A DNA stretch of 64,000 nucleotides from Blepharisma stoltei ATCC 30299 (Eukaryota > Protista > Ciliophora), in contig CBFDEM010000004.1 in NCBI GenBank assembly GCA_965603825.1, positions 310,001 through 374,000 on the forward strand, read 5' to 3'. The notes under the pieces are model-generated. The model searched no databases. It was given only the letters and a program-made list of their open reading frames with translations, and was not told the DNA's origin. Below, piece by piece: positions 13,444-24,182 of this stretch (the first letter of the stretch is position 1; each line of letters opens with the position of its first letter). The translations under genes were made by a program, and so were the position numbers.

Positions 13444-15180
13444 ATGGAAACTAACAGTAAAATTGAGACTTCTTTTAGCTCGAATAGTTCCCCTTATTCA
13501 TTACATACGTCAAGATTTCCCAATGAATCTGAGTACATCCACGAAAATCTGCAAATCACAAAAGAAATGCTTAAAGTGCTTTTGAGCAGTCATTATTTTA
13601 TTAAATATCAAAACAATGGGCACAGGAGTGTGAAAAGAGTCTTTTTTAATGCTTCACTTCAGAAGCTTACGCTTGAAAAAGACAAAATGAATTCGAAATT
13701 TATTTTTACAAGCGATATTTTGACTTTTGAGAATGGATTTTCTGATCAGCTGTCAAGTGTTTTGGCAAGGAACGAATTCAGTCATAAAGTGTATGGATTT
13801 AAATTAGTCACAAGGAAAAGAATATTAGAACTTAGCTGCAGCAGCGAAGAAGAAAGAAAGGTCTGAATTTTGTGCGCAAATCAGCTGGTTAGGATAGTCG
13901 GGGACTGAAGCTCAAATAATGGGCTAAGAAAGTATTGGGACACACTTGCATTAAATAGCCAGTATCAAAAGGAAATTAATATAATGCAAACAATAGTAGC
14001 GAATATGAAAATCGAAATGGGGAAATTGCAGCATGAGTTTGGACTAAACAAAAATGGGATTGTGGAAGGCGTTTTAAGCGAAACTATCTTGAAAGTTGAA
14101 ATGAATAATCACAAGGATGATGAAATGGCTGTAATTGACCAGATAAAATTGCTTGATGCAGGGACTATCATATTTCACAAAGAAAGATCTGTATTAAATA
14201 ATTCATTAAAAAGGAATGATAGAAATAATTCAAATCAACTTATTGAAAGAGAATTTTACTTATTGTATGGAAAACTGTTGAATGATCATATGAAAGATGT
14301 AGCGATAATTTGAAAAAATATATTGGATTATATGTGCTTCAAAGATCTTTTGTCAATAATGAAAATTAACCACTTTTTTAGAAATCAAGTAAAAAAGAAA
14401 CTGAAGGTTAAGCTTGATTGACATAAACTAGCATCTGCCGGCCTCGAGCCTAGAGTGATCAGCTGAAAACTGATTTCAAAATATTTTTACAATATGAAGC
14501 CCATTAAACTAGGTTATAACTTACACCCTGAAATGATTGAAGAAATTCAAAAAGACGTATACCGTGGGATGCTTGATAAGAGTAGCGAAATTGAAGAAGT
14601 CCTTGTCGCCTTATGTGCTTTGAATCCTGATATCGGGTATTGCCAAGGCATGCAAATTGTCACTCATTTTTTAATTGGCCTTATTCACAATTCCCACGAG
14701 GTGCTTGGGATTTTATTGATGCTAATTAAGCCTCCTTTCTTTCTTGGAGAACTTTGAAAGGATGGATTCCCAAGACTAAGGCTTGCGATCTTTCAACTTG
14801 AGTTTTTATTGAAGTTGAAACTACCAGAGCTATTATCGCATTTTGAAAATATTGATATCAATTTAGATGTCATTATAGCTCCATGAATGCTTACCGTTTT
14901 TACACACTTTATAACACAGCAAAATGCTCCTATAAAAATTGTGCAGTCTATATGAGATTTTTTTCTGATAAGAGGGTGGCCAGCGCTGATCATGTTTTGC
15001 TTGAGTTTATTTCATTTGAGCTATGATGTGGTCATAGGAGCTTCGTTGGAAGATACCTTGGATTTTTTCACCAACTCAATTCCGTTTGATAAGATCACTG
15101 AAAATCTTTCTCGATTTGAAGTTGATATTTCCTTGTTAGATGAACTTGAAAAATTGTATTATTTAAAGCTAAAACAATAA
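13444..15180 (+). CDS. PH-domain + TBC (Rab-GAP) protein
   Basis: PH-like N-terminus ending SEEERKV-W(TGA). TBC motifs IQKDVYR and GYCQGM; P-W(TGA)-MLT and I-W(TGA)-D at invariant Trp positions. Confidence 0.9.
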
Positions 15181-15231
15181 CATAAAATTAACCTTTTCAT
15201 TTTGATGAAAAATGCAAAAAATAAATATATT

Positions 15232-16485
15232 ATGAGACAAAATAGTTTAACTCGAGAGCAAGAAGAAGCTTTAATGAACTTCTCAGCAATTACTGAATGT
15301 TGGGATTCTACCATTGCTATGAACTTTTTGTTGAAGAACAATTGAGACTTGATGGCAGCTTCAAACGATTTTATTTCTCTTTCTACAGTTCCTCAGCCTA
15401 TTCCAGCGAAACCTCATATTGCAAGTCCTCAGCCAAAACAAAGCCCAGTTCCTCGAGAAATACCAGAAAGCTCTCCTTCTCCTAATAAATCCTGAAGATC
15501 AGCGATTAAAGAAAAGGCCAAATATCTGTCATCAAGCATTAAATCATATGTCTGAAATGTATGAAACCAAGGTATGCCTGTGGGCATTCGTGGAGAAGAA
15601 TCATCAAGTGCACGAGCATTTGTTTCTATAATCAAATCCTTTAACACGACTCATCCTCCACCTTTCAGTCTTAAACACTTGCCTGATATATTAACTGAAG
15701 CAATGGTGACTTCTAAGCCTTTATTTCTATTTATCAACTCTTCTAATATTGAAAAGAAATATTTATCCGATATCATTTGTCACGAAATCGCTACTGCTTA
15801 TATATCAGAAAGCTATTTAGCTTGGGGAGTCAATCAGAATTCAGCTGATGGCGAGATGGTTACACAGATGCTAAATTTAACAAATTTTCCGTGCTGTATT
15901 ATTGTACGGGTTTATGATGTAGCGATGCCAATTGTAATTGAGAGATTGGAAGGGATTGTAACGCTTCAGCAGTACCTAGACTTTTTGGACAGAAATATGA
16001 GTCCAATTGCAGCGGATGTTGAAATCCCATCTATTGATCCAGTTTTATACCAAGAAAGAATTATTAGGGAGCAGCAAGACCAAGAGCTACGAGAAGCTGA
16101 AGCATTGGTCAGAGAAAGGTATAAATCTGAAGAAATTAAAAGAAATCTGCAAAAAAAGAAAGAAGAAGAAGAGAGGCAAAAGAAGGTTGAAGAGGAAGAA
16201 GAAAGGTCAAGAAAGTTAGATCGAATAGGAGAAGAGCCAGAGCTAGGGCCTGATATTTCTCAGATCTCAATTCGACTGCCTGATGGAAAAAAGGCTGAGA
16301 GAAGATTCCACAAAAGTACACAAGTCGGGGTTTTATATGAGTACATTGAAACTCTTGGAGTAAAGGATTTTGAAATAGTTGCAGGGTTCCCATCAAAGAT
16401 ATTAGATGATAAATCAGCTTCTTTAGAAACTTCAGGCTTGTTTCCAAAAGCCCTTGTGCACATACGAGAAACTTCGCTATTGTAG
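15232..16485 (+). CDS. UBA-UAS-coiled coil-UBX p97/Cdc48 adaptor (FAF1/FAF2-like)
   Basis: UBA-like N(W=TGA)DL, UAS region, C-terminal UBX IRLPDG..RRF..FP..GLFP. Alternative in-frame ATG at 15205. Confidence 0.88.
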
Positions 16486-16523
16486 TGATTAATTTTCATT
16501 TTTACTAGATTTAAAAATTTCTA

Positions 16524-17459
16524 ATGCAAAATTTATCAAAATTCATTATAAGGCCATCCAGGTATGTCTTATGTAGGAATCTTTATTCTTTAAACAGAGA
16601 TCTAGGCCCAGAAAATTTCATCTTAAAAGGACAAGTATTCACTCGTCGGGATTTCGACTTGCCAAACACAAGAGGATTAGTTTTAAAATGCAGTTGATTT
16701 TTGCCCAAATTTTCCAAAAATACACTTCCATGTATAGTTTATTGTCATGGCAATTGTGGTAGCAGATTAGACTCACTAGAAATAGCTTATAGATTGTTGG
16801 AATCCGACATCTCATTATTTACTTTTGATTTTGCTGGCTCTGGCCTTTCAGAAGGCAGTTATGTATCTCTAGGATATTATGAAAGCTGGGATTTAAAATC
16901 AGTAATGGACTATATAAAAGAAAGCGGGCTTGCATCAGCAATTGGATTATGGGGAAGATCTATGGGCGCGACTTCCAGTATTTTATATGGATCCTGTGAT
17001 CCAACCTTGGCAGTTCTTATTTTAGATTCTCCATTTCTCTCACTTAAGCAAGTAGTTGATGATTATCTTGGTAAATACAATTTCATTCCAAAAAAATTAC
17101 TTGGATTTTTTTGGGATAAAATCAAAAATCACATTAGGAAGAAAGCCAATTTTGACATTTCTGAGGTGAATCCTGCCAAATTCATTTCGCAATGTGAAAT
17201 GCCAGCGATTTTTATGCATGGGATTGATGATAAGTTGGTGTCAATCAGTCATGGCAGGATGCTATATGAACTCTACAGAGGAGAGAAGTATTTATTAGAG
17301 CTTGGAGGTGGGCATAACTCAACAAGAGCTCAAAAAGTGATTGACAGAGTTATTGAAATCCTAGTTCAGACTTTCAGCTCGCCTCAGCTGCCTCAAGAGA
17401 TTCTTGAAGAATCGATTAAAACTCGGCGGGCTTCAAACATAATTTTTTTTCGAAAATAG
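16524..17459 (+). CDS. Alpha/beta hydrolase; probable intron 16562-16576
   Basis: IIRP..DLGP N-terminus, HGN oxyanion motif, nucleophile GRSMG, HG.DD and GGGH catalytic Asp/His. Confidence 0.9.
16562..16576 (+). other. Probable stop-free 15-nt intron (hydrolase)
   Basis: gtatgtcttatgtag, A at position 10. Confidence 0.7.
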
Positions 17460-17482
17460 AGCTAGTTATTTGCTATACTAAA

Positions 17483-18937
17483 TTAATGAGCATTAGGAGC
17501 AGTATAATAAGAATCTTCACAAACAATCATTTGATAAATAAGGGGGATGAACTTGATGTTGGTTGGCCCCAAAATCTCATGCAGCTGCTGGTTTTCTTCG
17601 TCTTCAGGGGGAGGATTCTATATAACATTTACAGATAAGTACCCATAAGCTTGAAAGAACTTTTCAATTCCCAGTTGGTTTTCTAAATAGCATCTCAAGG
17701 CTTCAATTCGAGCAAACGCAGAATCACCTTCGCTTATGCCAGGCAATGGATTGCCTTCGGGCGTTAAGAAATGGGCTCTTACCCTTTGTGATTCTGGCTC
17801 TTCTCAGTCTTCAGGATCATCTTGGCGAGCAGGCTCTAAGACTTGCCTTAGCGACTTAACAACATCTTCATACCCAGACTCATCTTTAGACACTTCTTTG
17901 CTGTCTTCTTCAAATGCATCAACCTTAGGCGCTCTTGGTCTTGGTCTCCTTTCTCTCTTATTGTCTTCATAAGAGCTATGAGGCCTGCTTTCTTCTCCAT
18001 TTTCTTTAGACCCTTCTCTCGATGGGGGAGCGCTGAGCTCTTCTTTTAGCTCTTCGGACTTTCTTCCTTCTACTGGTGGGAGGTTTTTTGCCAAAAAGGT
18101 TTTCCCAAACTCATGCTTGGCAACCGTCTGCGATAAAAGCTGAGAAATCCTTGAACTTAAAAATTCTTTTTCCAATATTCGCTTTATTGATGGGCGCTTG
18201 TGAGGATCTTTCTGAAGCATTTCTTCGATAAGATCTCTAAGGTTTTGAGAATAGCACGAAGGAATTGATGGATAAGTCCCTCGCAAAATCTTAACGACAA
18301 GCCCTTTCATAGAGCTCGCATCAAATGCATGCCTTAAAGTTACAATTTCATAAAGAATACACCCCAGACTCCATATATCAGATTTTTGGTTATAAGGCTT
18401 TTCCTGACATATTTCTGGAGACAAATAATAAGGGGTCCCAATTGCTGTTTGAGCACAGTCATAAGTGTGCTGGAGAACCCTTGAAATCCCAAAATCACCG
18501 ATTTTTATTTCTCCTTTCGAAGTCAAAAATACATTTTGGGTCTTGAGATCCCTATGCAGGATTTTTCTGTCATGGATGTGCTTAATCGCAAGACAGATTT
18601 GCACAAACCAATCAAGAATTAGATTTTCCGGGAAACCTTTGCCTAATTGTTTCTGTTTAGCTATTTTATTGTACATATCTCCACCATCAGCGTAATCCAT
18701 GACGATGCAGAGACATCGCTTGTCCATAAAACTTTCACGGTATGTGACAATATATGGGTGACGCATTGCTTTCAACACATGGACTTCATTGAGTGCTTCT
18801 TCTTTTTGCTTACGTTCCATTCTTGAAACGTCTATTATCTTCATGATGTAGAGTTTTCTGTCGACTGTACTCTGCACAAGGACAGCGTGGCCAAAGCTTC
18901 CTTTGCCAACTATTTTTACTTTCCTGTACTTGTCCAT
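17483..18937 (-). CDS. NIMA-related kinase (NEK1-like); intron 17618-17632
   Basis: GKGSFG, HRDLKTQNVF, DFG, GTPYYLSPE. Continues past TGA 17804 to the NEK1-type tail RIEALRCYLENQLG; TAA 17483. Confidence 0.93.
17618..17632 (-). other. 15-nt intron (NEK)
   Basis: gtaaatgttatatag; in-frame TAG. Confidence 0.85.
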
Positions 18938-19628
18938 TTTGAATTTTTAAGAAAAAAGAGCAGGAGGATGTATAGGAAGCTTATACACTTGAGGTTCAAA
19001 ATCTGATGTTTTACAGATTGAGTCTCTTAATTTTGGGCAAATGATAAATAGAAAATTCAACAAATCAAATAAATTTTTAATCTTCCTCACTTTTATGGAG
19101 AGTTTATCAAGCATTATTGTGGATGCAATTAAAAATGCAAATAAAATATATGTTTATTTGCGATAAATATATAAATTATGCATACTTTCTTGATACTACT
19201 CTTTGTGGAATGCAAACCCATTATAAAATCATTATTTTAGATAAATTAAATCCTCCAAACAAAAGCTAGTTTTTAATGAATTTTAGACATTTTGCATCTT
19301 AAAAAATTAATTTTATAATTTACATTCTACCTATCAAATTCACTTATATCGTATTTTTATATAAAGTTTAAATACAATTAACCTCCTCTCTTTAAAGAAC
19401 AAAAAGCTCGCTTGCTAACAAATTGGGGAGTAGTAAACTCCAATCCTTTAGTATATTATCAAGCTTAGAGAAAATAAATATACTTAATTATTTACATAAA
19501 TGAATTTATTAGTGACTTGCTAAATGATATTTTCTTCATAATTAATTTATTTTTTTAATTTATCAAATTTCCAACTCGGCAAGCTGAGAGTATAATTATA
19601 AAAGCCCCTTTTCAGATGTGCTCTTGTA

Positions 19629-19702
19629 GGTCCCATAGCTCAGCTGGTTAGAGCGCTGTGCTAATAACGCAGAGGTCGTGAGTTCGATCCTCACTGGGAC
19701 CA
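19629..19702 (+). tRNA. tRNA-Ile (anticodon AAU)
   Basis: Acceptor GGTCCCA/TGGGACC, D-arm GCTC..GAGC, anticodon arm CTGTG-CTAATAA-CGCAG, T-loop GTTCGATC, followed by TTTTTT (Pol III terminator). Confidence 0.97.
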
Positions 19703-19749
19703 TTTTTTCCACTTTTACTTATTTAAAATCTCCTATTTTACTTAATAAA

Positions 19750-20271
19750 ATGAGCAAAAACCTCAAAGAAGAGCAAGATAAATACACAGACTTTTTAGAA
19801 AATATCCAGCAAATCTCTGAAGGTCGAGAGGAAGAGTTTAAGAAGGCGCTCCGTCAAGAAGGACAAGAAATCAGTCAAAACCTTGCACGGCATGCATCAT
19901 TTTCAGGCTTGAAAAAGCTCGTACAAGAAGTTGAGGCTGAAACTCCTGAAGAAACAGAAACCCTGGTGCTTCTTAGATCTGTATTATATAATTAGAAAGC
20001 TCACCAAAGATTAAAACTTTATGCATGTCTTGGATGTGCAGCATCTTCAAGTATCGCTTGTAAAATATAAGCAGTGATTTATTCTGATATGTTGAAAACT
20101 AAGTGGAAAGTTGTTATGTCGTTGATGGGGATATACTTGGGAGGGATTTACTCGCAAACTGTTAGTAATAAAGAAATGATGAGAAGATTAGAAGCACTTG
20201 GACCAGAATATCAATTAAGTAGAATAGCCAGGGATGAGGCTCTACAATGGAATATAGAGCCAAATAAGTAA
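19750..20271 (+). CDS. Small protein with two C-terminal hydrophobic segments; introns 19981-19995 and 20060-20074
   Basis: ATG 19750 (MSKNLKEEQ); two canonical 15-nt introns join the track ORF pieces in frame. Confidence 0.75.
19981..19995 (+). other. 15-nt intron
   Basis: gtattatataattag. Confidence 0.8.
20060..20074 (+). other. 15-nt intron
   Basis: gtaaaatataagcag. Confidence 0.75.
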
Positions 20272-20347
20272 AGATAAATGATTATCTTGATAGACAGTCA
20301 ATTAATTAGAAAAGAATAAAAATCAAATAGCAGAATTATGGTATGGA

Positions 20348-20722
20348 TTAATATGAAGCATTATGTGCTTTTATTGATACGGTTGACATTACACCTCCTC
20401 TAACTATAATCACACCAAACATAGTTTATCAAATTCTTCATCATTCCTAACTATTAACTGAATATTTCTAAGGGTAATTCTATTTTTCCCATCATCTATT
20501 ACTGCATTTGAATGCATATTCTTAGACCTCTGCAGTTAAATGCTGAAGAACTGCAGCGAAATACACAGGAGTTTCTACCCCAATTCTTTCAGCATACTTT
20601 CCCTGCCTTATTAGTCTCGCAATGAGGCCAACTGGGAACTGAAGCCCTGCCTTTTTAGATTTTGAAGTCTTAATAAAATTAATTTTTTCTCTACTGCCTT
20701 TTCCTTTTCCAACTGCTGACAT
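20348..20722 (-). pseudogene. H2A: Disrupted, divergent histone H2A copy
   Basis: [33 protein letters not shown], then TAA (20522). A +1 shift follows before NAVIDDGKNRITLRNIQLIVRNDEEFDKL, and a second shift before GVIIVRGGVM. Confidence 0.8.
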
Positions 20723-20805
20723 ATTGAACTTTAAATTTAAAAAAAATCCTCCTATTCTATAATAAATAGATTTAAATTGATTATCTATTAATAATAAATT
20801 AAAAC

Positions 20806-21987
20806 TTAATTTTCTTGTTCAACCCACCTATTGATATTTCCCATACTGTCACATACAAAAACACTACCTTCATAAACATCAAGAGCCTGTAATGGATCTG
20901 AGCTGATTTCTAAATCTAAAACTGGCTGCATAATAGGAAACTCATTCCTCATTGGATAGCTTACATGGTCCTTCATCTCATACCCATTTGCTATTTCACT
21001 TCGTTCTTCCTTCATAAAATTTCACACCAGGAGCTTACCATCTTGTCCTGCAGATCATACTGTGTAGCTATTGTCAATTTCTGTCGCAATGGCTACTGCA
21101 GAAACTCAGCTGCTGTGTCCTTCGCCTCTGTGAATCAGTTTTCGTAGCTCCAAACTTCACACTGAAATGCTGTCATCTTCCCCACCTGTGACGATAACTG
21201 AATTATCCGAACTCCAAGACATGCATAAAAATCCTGCAAAATACGAATAAAACGACACAAGCGACACAGCTCTTTCAAAATCAAAAATTTTCAGCTGACC
21301 TTCATCAGTAATCAAGGCGAAAAGAGATTGGTTTGGCCCTACTTTATTCGCAAACCTCAGATCTCTGATCCTCCCACAATAAAATTTTCACAGTGAAGTT
21401 GGACTTCCATCATTTCTTGGGTAATCGAACGAAATAAAGTCGACGAGCGAATTTCTCGCTTCTTTTAGCCTCTCAGTCAAATACCGAGTCGATCTTTCGC
21501 TTTCTATTTCGAACTCTTTTGAAAACTTTCACATGGTATTATCATCAAAGAGAACTATGAACTCTTTTTCGTTGTATCATCTGCACACAATAGGAGGTCT
21601 TGGTGAATAAATGTTTCTTTGTGTGTTAAGCCATGTGACCTTTCCTCGCCTTCTTTTTATTGGGTCAATTAATAAGATATGACCAAGCGTAAACGTAATA
21701 AGCGCTTCTGGCTGCTCAGTTGTGCTGAAATCGACAGATGTAACATGCATTTTTTCAGTCGAAAGTTCTGATAGAATTTGAGTGTTGTTATAATCCTCAC
21801 ATACAACAAAGCCAAGGTATGTGCTTACTATAAATGTATGCTGAGAAGGGTGTCGAGAAATCGCCATGTGGTGTCTGCTTGGGCAGCCGCGGAACTTCGA
21901 TGAAACGGCGTTCCAGTTACTTTCTGGCTTGTAGTGTCTTCCGTTTAGAGAGAAGGAAGGAGGCTTTTTTGCATTATACATTTGCAT
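20806..21987 (-). CDS. WD40 protein, WDR20/CreC-like
   Basis: [37 protein letters not shown] and [12 protein letters not shown], where the hyphenated W residues are TGA. Confidence 0.85.
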
Positions 21988-22176
21988 GCGTATTCTTTAA
22001 TTTAAAAATAATGAAATTAGATTATTGGCAATTTTCTTTAAATATAAAAAGATGTTATCCAGAATTGAATAAATTATCGCCAAGCCTTTTGCCTGTTCAG
22101 TATTTAGAGTTTTTATTGACTTAAATAAGCCAAGCTTGGAAATAACTTATACAATTCGATTTATAATTACACGGAA

Positions 22177-22683
22177 TTAAGCTTTTGGGCTCAGATCCCT
22201 CCGTTTTAGAGGGGTCTCTGCTTGTGACTTAGGAGTAGAACTGGAGTTGCTCATGTGTCGCTTTTCTAGTCACTTTTTGGAAGCTAAAGCAGCTGTCTAA
22301 TTATATCTTACGATTGCGTAATGATGCCCTTTTTTAACAAATGGTCTTGGATTCGGTTGAGGATAATATTTTAAATCCATGTTCCCGGTCCGGGAGTTTC
22401 TCATGTTTTGAATGCACCGCTCCATCATGCGGTCATAAGGAGTCGGTATGTATGTTTTATTTCTCAGTTTTCGCGATTCCTCACGCAGAACTTTGAGGAG
22501 TTGAAAATTATGCTTCAACAGGAGATCTACCCTAATTTCTTGTTCTCTGCTAAGAGGTGATAATTTTCGTTTTGGGGTTACTGAGATCGGCGCAGGGGAT
22601 AAAGAATTTATTTTGGATCTTGGCTTCAGCTTTGATGAAGATTTTTGCTGCCTTGGGATGTAGCCAAAACTAACTGAGTTCAT
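22177..22683 (-). CDS. Small basic hypothetical protein; probable intron 22297-22311
   Basis: The ORF stop TAG is the 3' end of gtaagatataattag; splicing extends it 39 codons to TAA 22177. Confidence 0.6.
22297..22311 (-). other. Probable 15-nt intron
   Basis: gtaagatataattag. Confidence 0.7.
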
Positions 22684-22931
22684 TTATTTCTCTGTGCGTT
22701 ATTTTATTTCATTATATTGCATCAACAAATAGGTGGAGACAATATTAAGAAAAAAGATTAAAACACAATAGACTTCTTAGCTAGACCTCTTTTCTGATAG
22801 TTCATAGGGCTGTTTTGATGTAAAGTCGAAAAGTAAAAAAATTAACTGGTACCATCAATATGCTCTCAATATAGACATTTATCAGAACCAAATCTTTCAT
22901 ATTGTTATTTATTCAGTTAGAGTTGTAATAA

Positions 22932-24107
22932 ATGGGGTGTAATCACAGCATCGACAGTATACCGAATCAAAACAAAAAACCCTCATCACATGTGAGGAGC
23001 CAAACTTTTTCTTCTTACTCAAGCCAATCTAACGATGGAGCGTCATCTCCATTTAGTAGGGTCCTAGATATTTATGAAGAAACTCAAGTCGAGTCTCGAA
23101 AACTCAGAGATGAGCTCTCAAGCTGTGTACAAATGACTGAGTCTTCCATTTCTAATCTCAGCAAATCCTTTCAGCATTTCACGAAGGTTTTTTCGAAGAA
23201 AAACCTACACAACTATAGCATGTACCAAGAAGACCTCGAATGTGCCGTTTGTGGGCTCCCATATAACACATTAGAAGAAAAGCCTATCGAGTTGCCATGC
23301 GAGCATACTTTTTGTTTGAAATGTCTTAAAAAAGACTATGCAGTAAACGGGACAATAACCTGTATAATTGATATGACAGAGTTTGATATTGATCCCATGA
23401 GTTTAGAAGAGAATGGACAGCTAAAAACATTTGTTGACTCATCAGACGAGCCGCTTTATTGTGAAGACCATATACTCCCTTTGACAAAGCTCTGCTCTAA
23501 AGACAAAAAATTACTGTGCTCTTTGTGCGAAAGTGAGCATCACGGGCATATAATTTATAATTTAGGAAGTTCTGACAAAGATGAGAAACTAAAAATTGAT
23601 GAGCTGCTGACAAAGTGGAAAAAATCTGCTGAGTCTTATGTCTCCACTCTGAAAGACAGAGTCCAAGAATTCGAAAAATGCACAGTTAAAGCAAAACAGG
23701 AAGAAAAAACGATTAGGGAAACAATTGAAACGCATATTGCAGAAGTAAAGCAGGCTAGGAAAAGCATTATTGACAAAATCAATGAGGCGGCCATGAATTA
23801 TATAGAAGCGCTTTCTGAGTCTTCAAAAAAGATATTCTCAATCGCGCCTTCTGGGGAGCTTAAAGATGCTTCAGATAGACTGAATGGTGAAATTAGCAAA
23901 GCAGAAGGATTTTTGAGAGACTTTGACAGCAAAACTAATGGTGAAAAGCTGGAAAGGCTTAAAAACTGGGATATGGACGTTCCGAATGAGCTGAATCCTC
24001 CAGATCTTAGCTCGCTGATTAGCATAAATTCAAAATTGCAAGAAATCAAAGATTTTTATAGCCTGATTCTTTCAGAAGCAATTTACTCCAAAGACATAAA
24101 ATTGTAA
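22932..24107 (+). CDS. RING + B-box + coiled-coil (TRIM-like) E3 ligase with N-terminal MGC acylation motif
   Basis: RING CAVC..LPCEHTFCLKC..TCIID; B-box CEDH..C..D..LCSLC..HHGH; long helical C-terminus. Confidence 0.85.
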   Translation: MGCNHSIDSIPNQNKKPSSHVRSQTFSSYSSQSNDGASSPFSRVLDIYEETQVESRKLRDELSSCVQMTESSISNLSKSFQHFTKVFSKKNLHNYSMYQEDLECAVCGLPYNTLEEKPIELPCEHTFCLKCLKKDYAVNGTITCIIDMTEFDIDPMSLEENGQLKTFVDSSDEPLYCEDHILPLTKLCSKDKKLLCSLCESEHHGHIIYNLGSSDKDEKLKIDELLTKWKKSAESYVSTLKDRVQEFEKCTVKAKQEEKTIRETIETHIAEVKQARKSIIDKINEAAMNYIEALSESSKKIFSIAPSGELKDASDRLNGEISKAEGFLRDFDSKTNGEKLERLKNWDMDVPNELNPPDLSSLISINSKLQEIKDFYSLILSEAIYSKDIKL

Positions 24108-24182
24108 TTCTGGTTAATTTAAAAGTGTAAAGAGTTTACAAATTAAGCATTAAATGGTAATCTGCCAATTATAAAATTTCAA

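Noticed and set aside
19678-19749. Track ORF start at 19678
   Set aside because: It begins at a GTG inside the tRNA; the ATG at 19750 is the plausible start.
20500-20530. Euplotes-style programmed frameshift or micro-intron rescuing H2A
   Set aside because: The context is GTC-TAA, not AAA-TAA; no GT..AG of 15-16 nt fits; and a second frameshift lies downstream.
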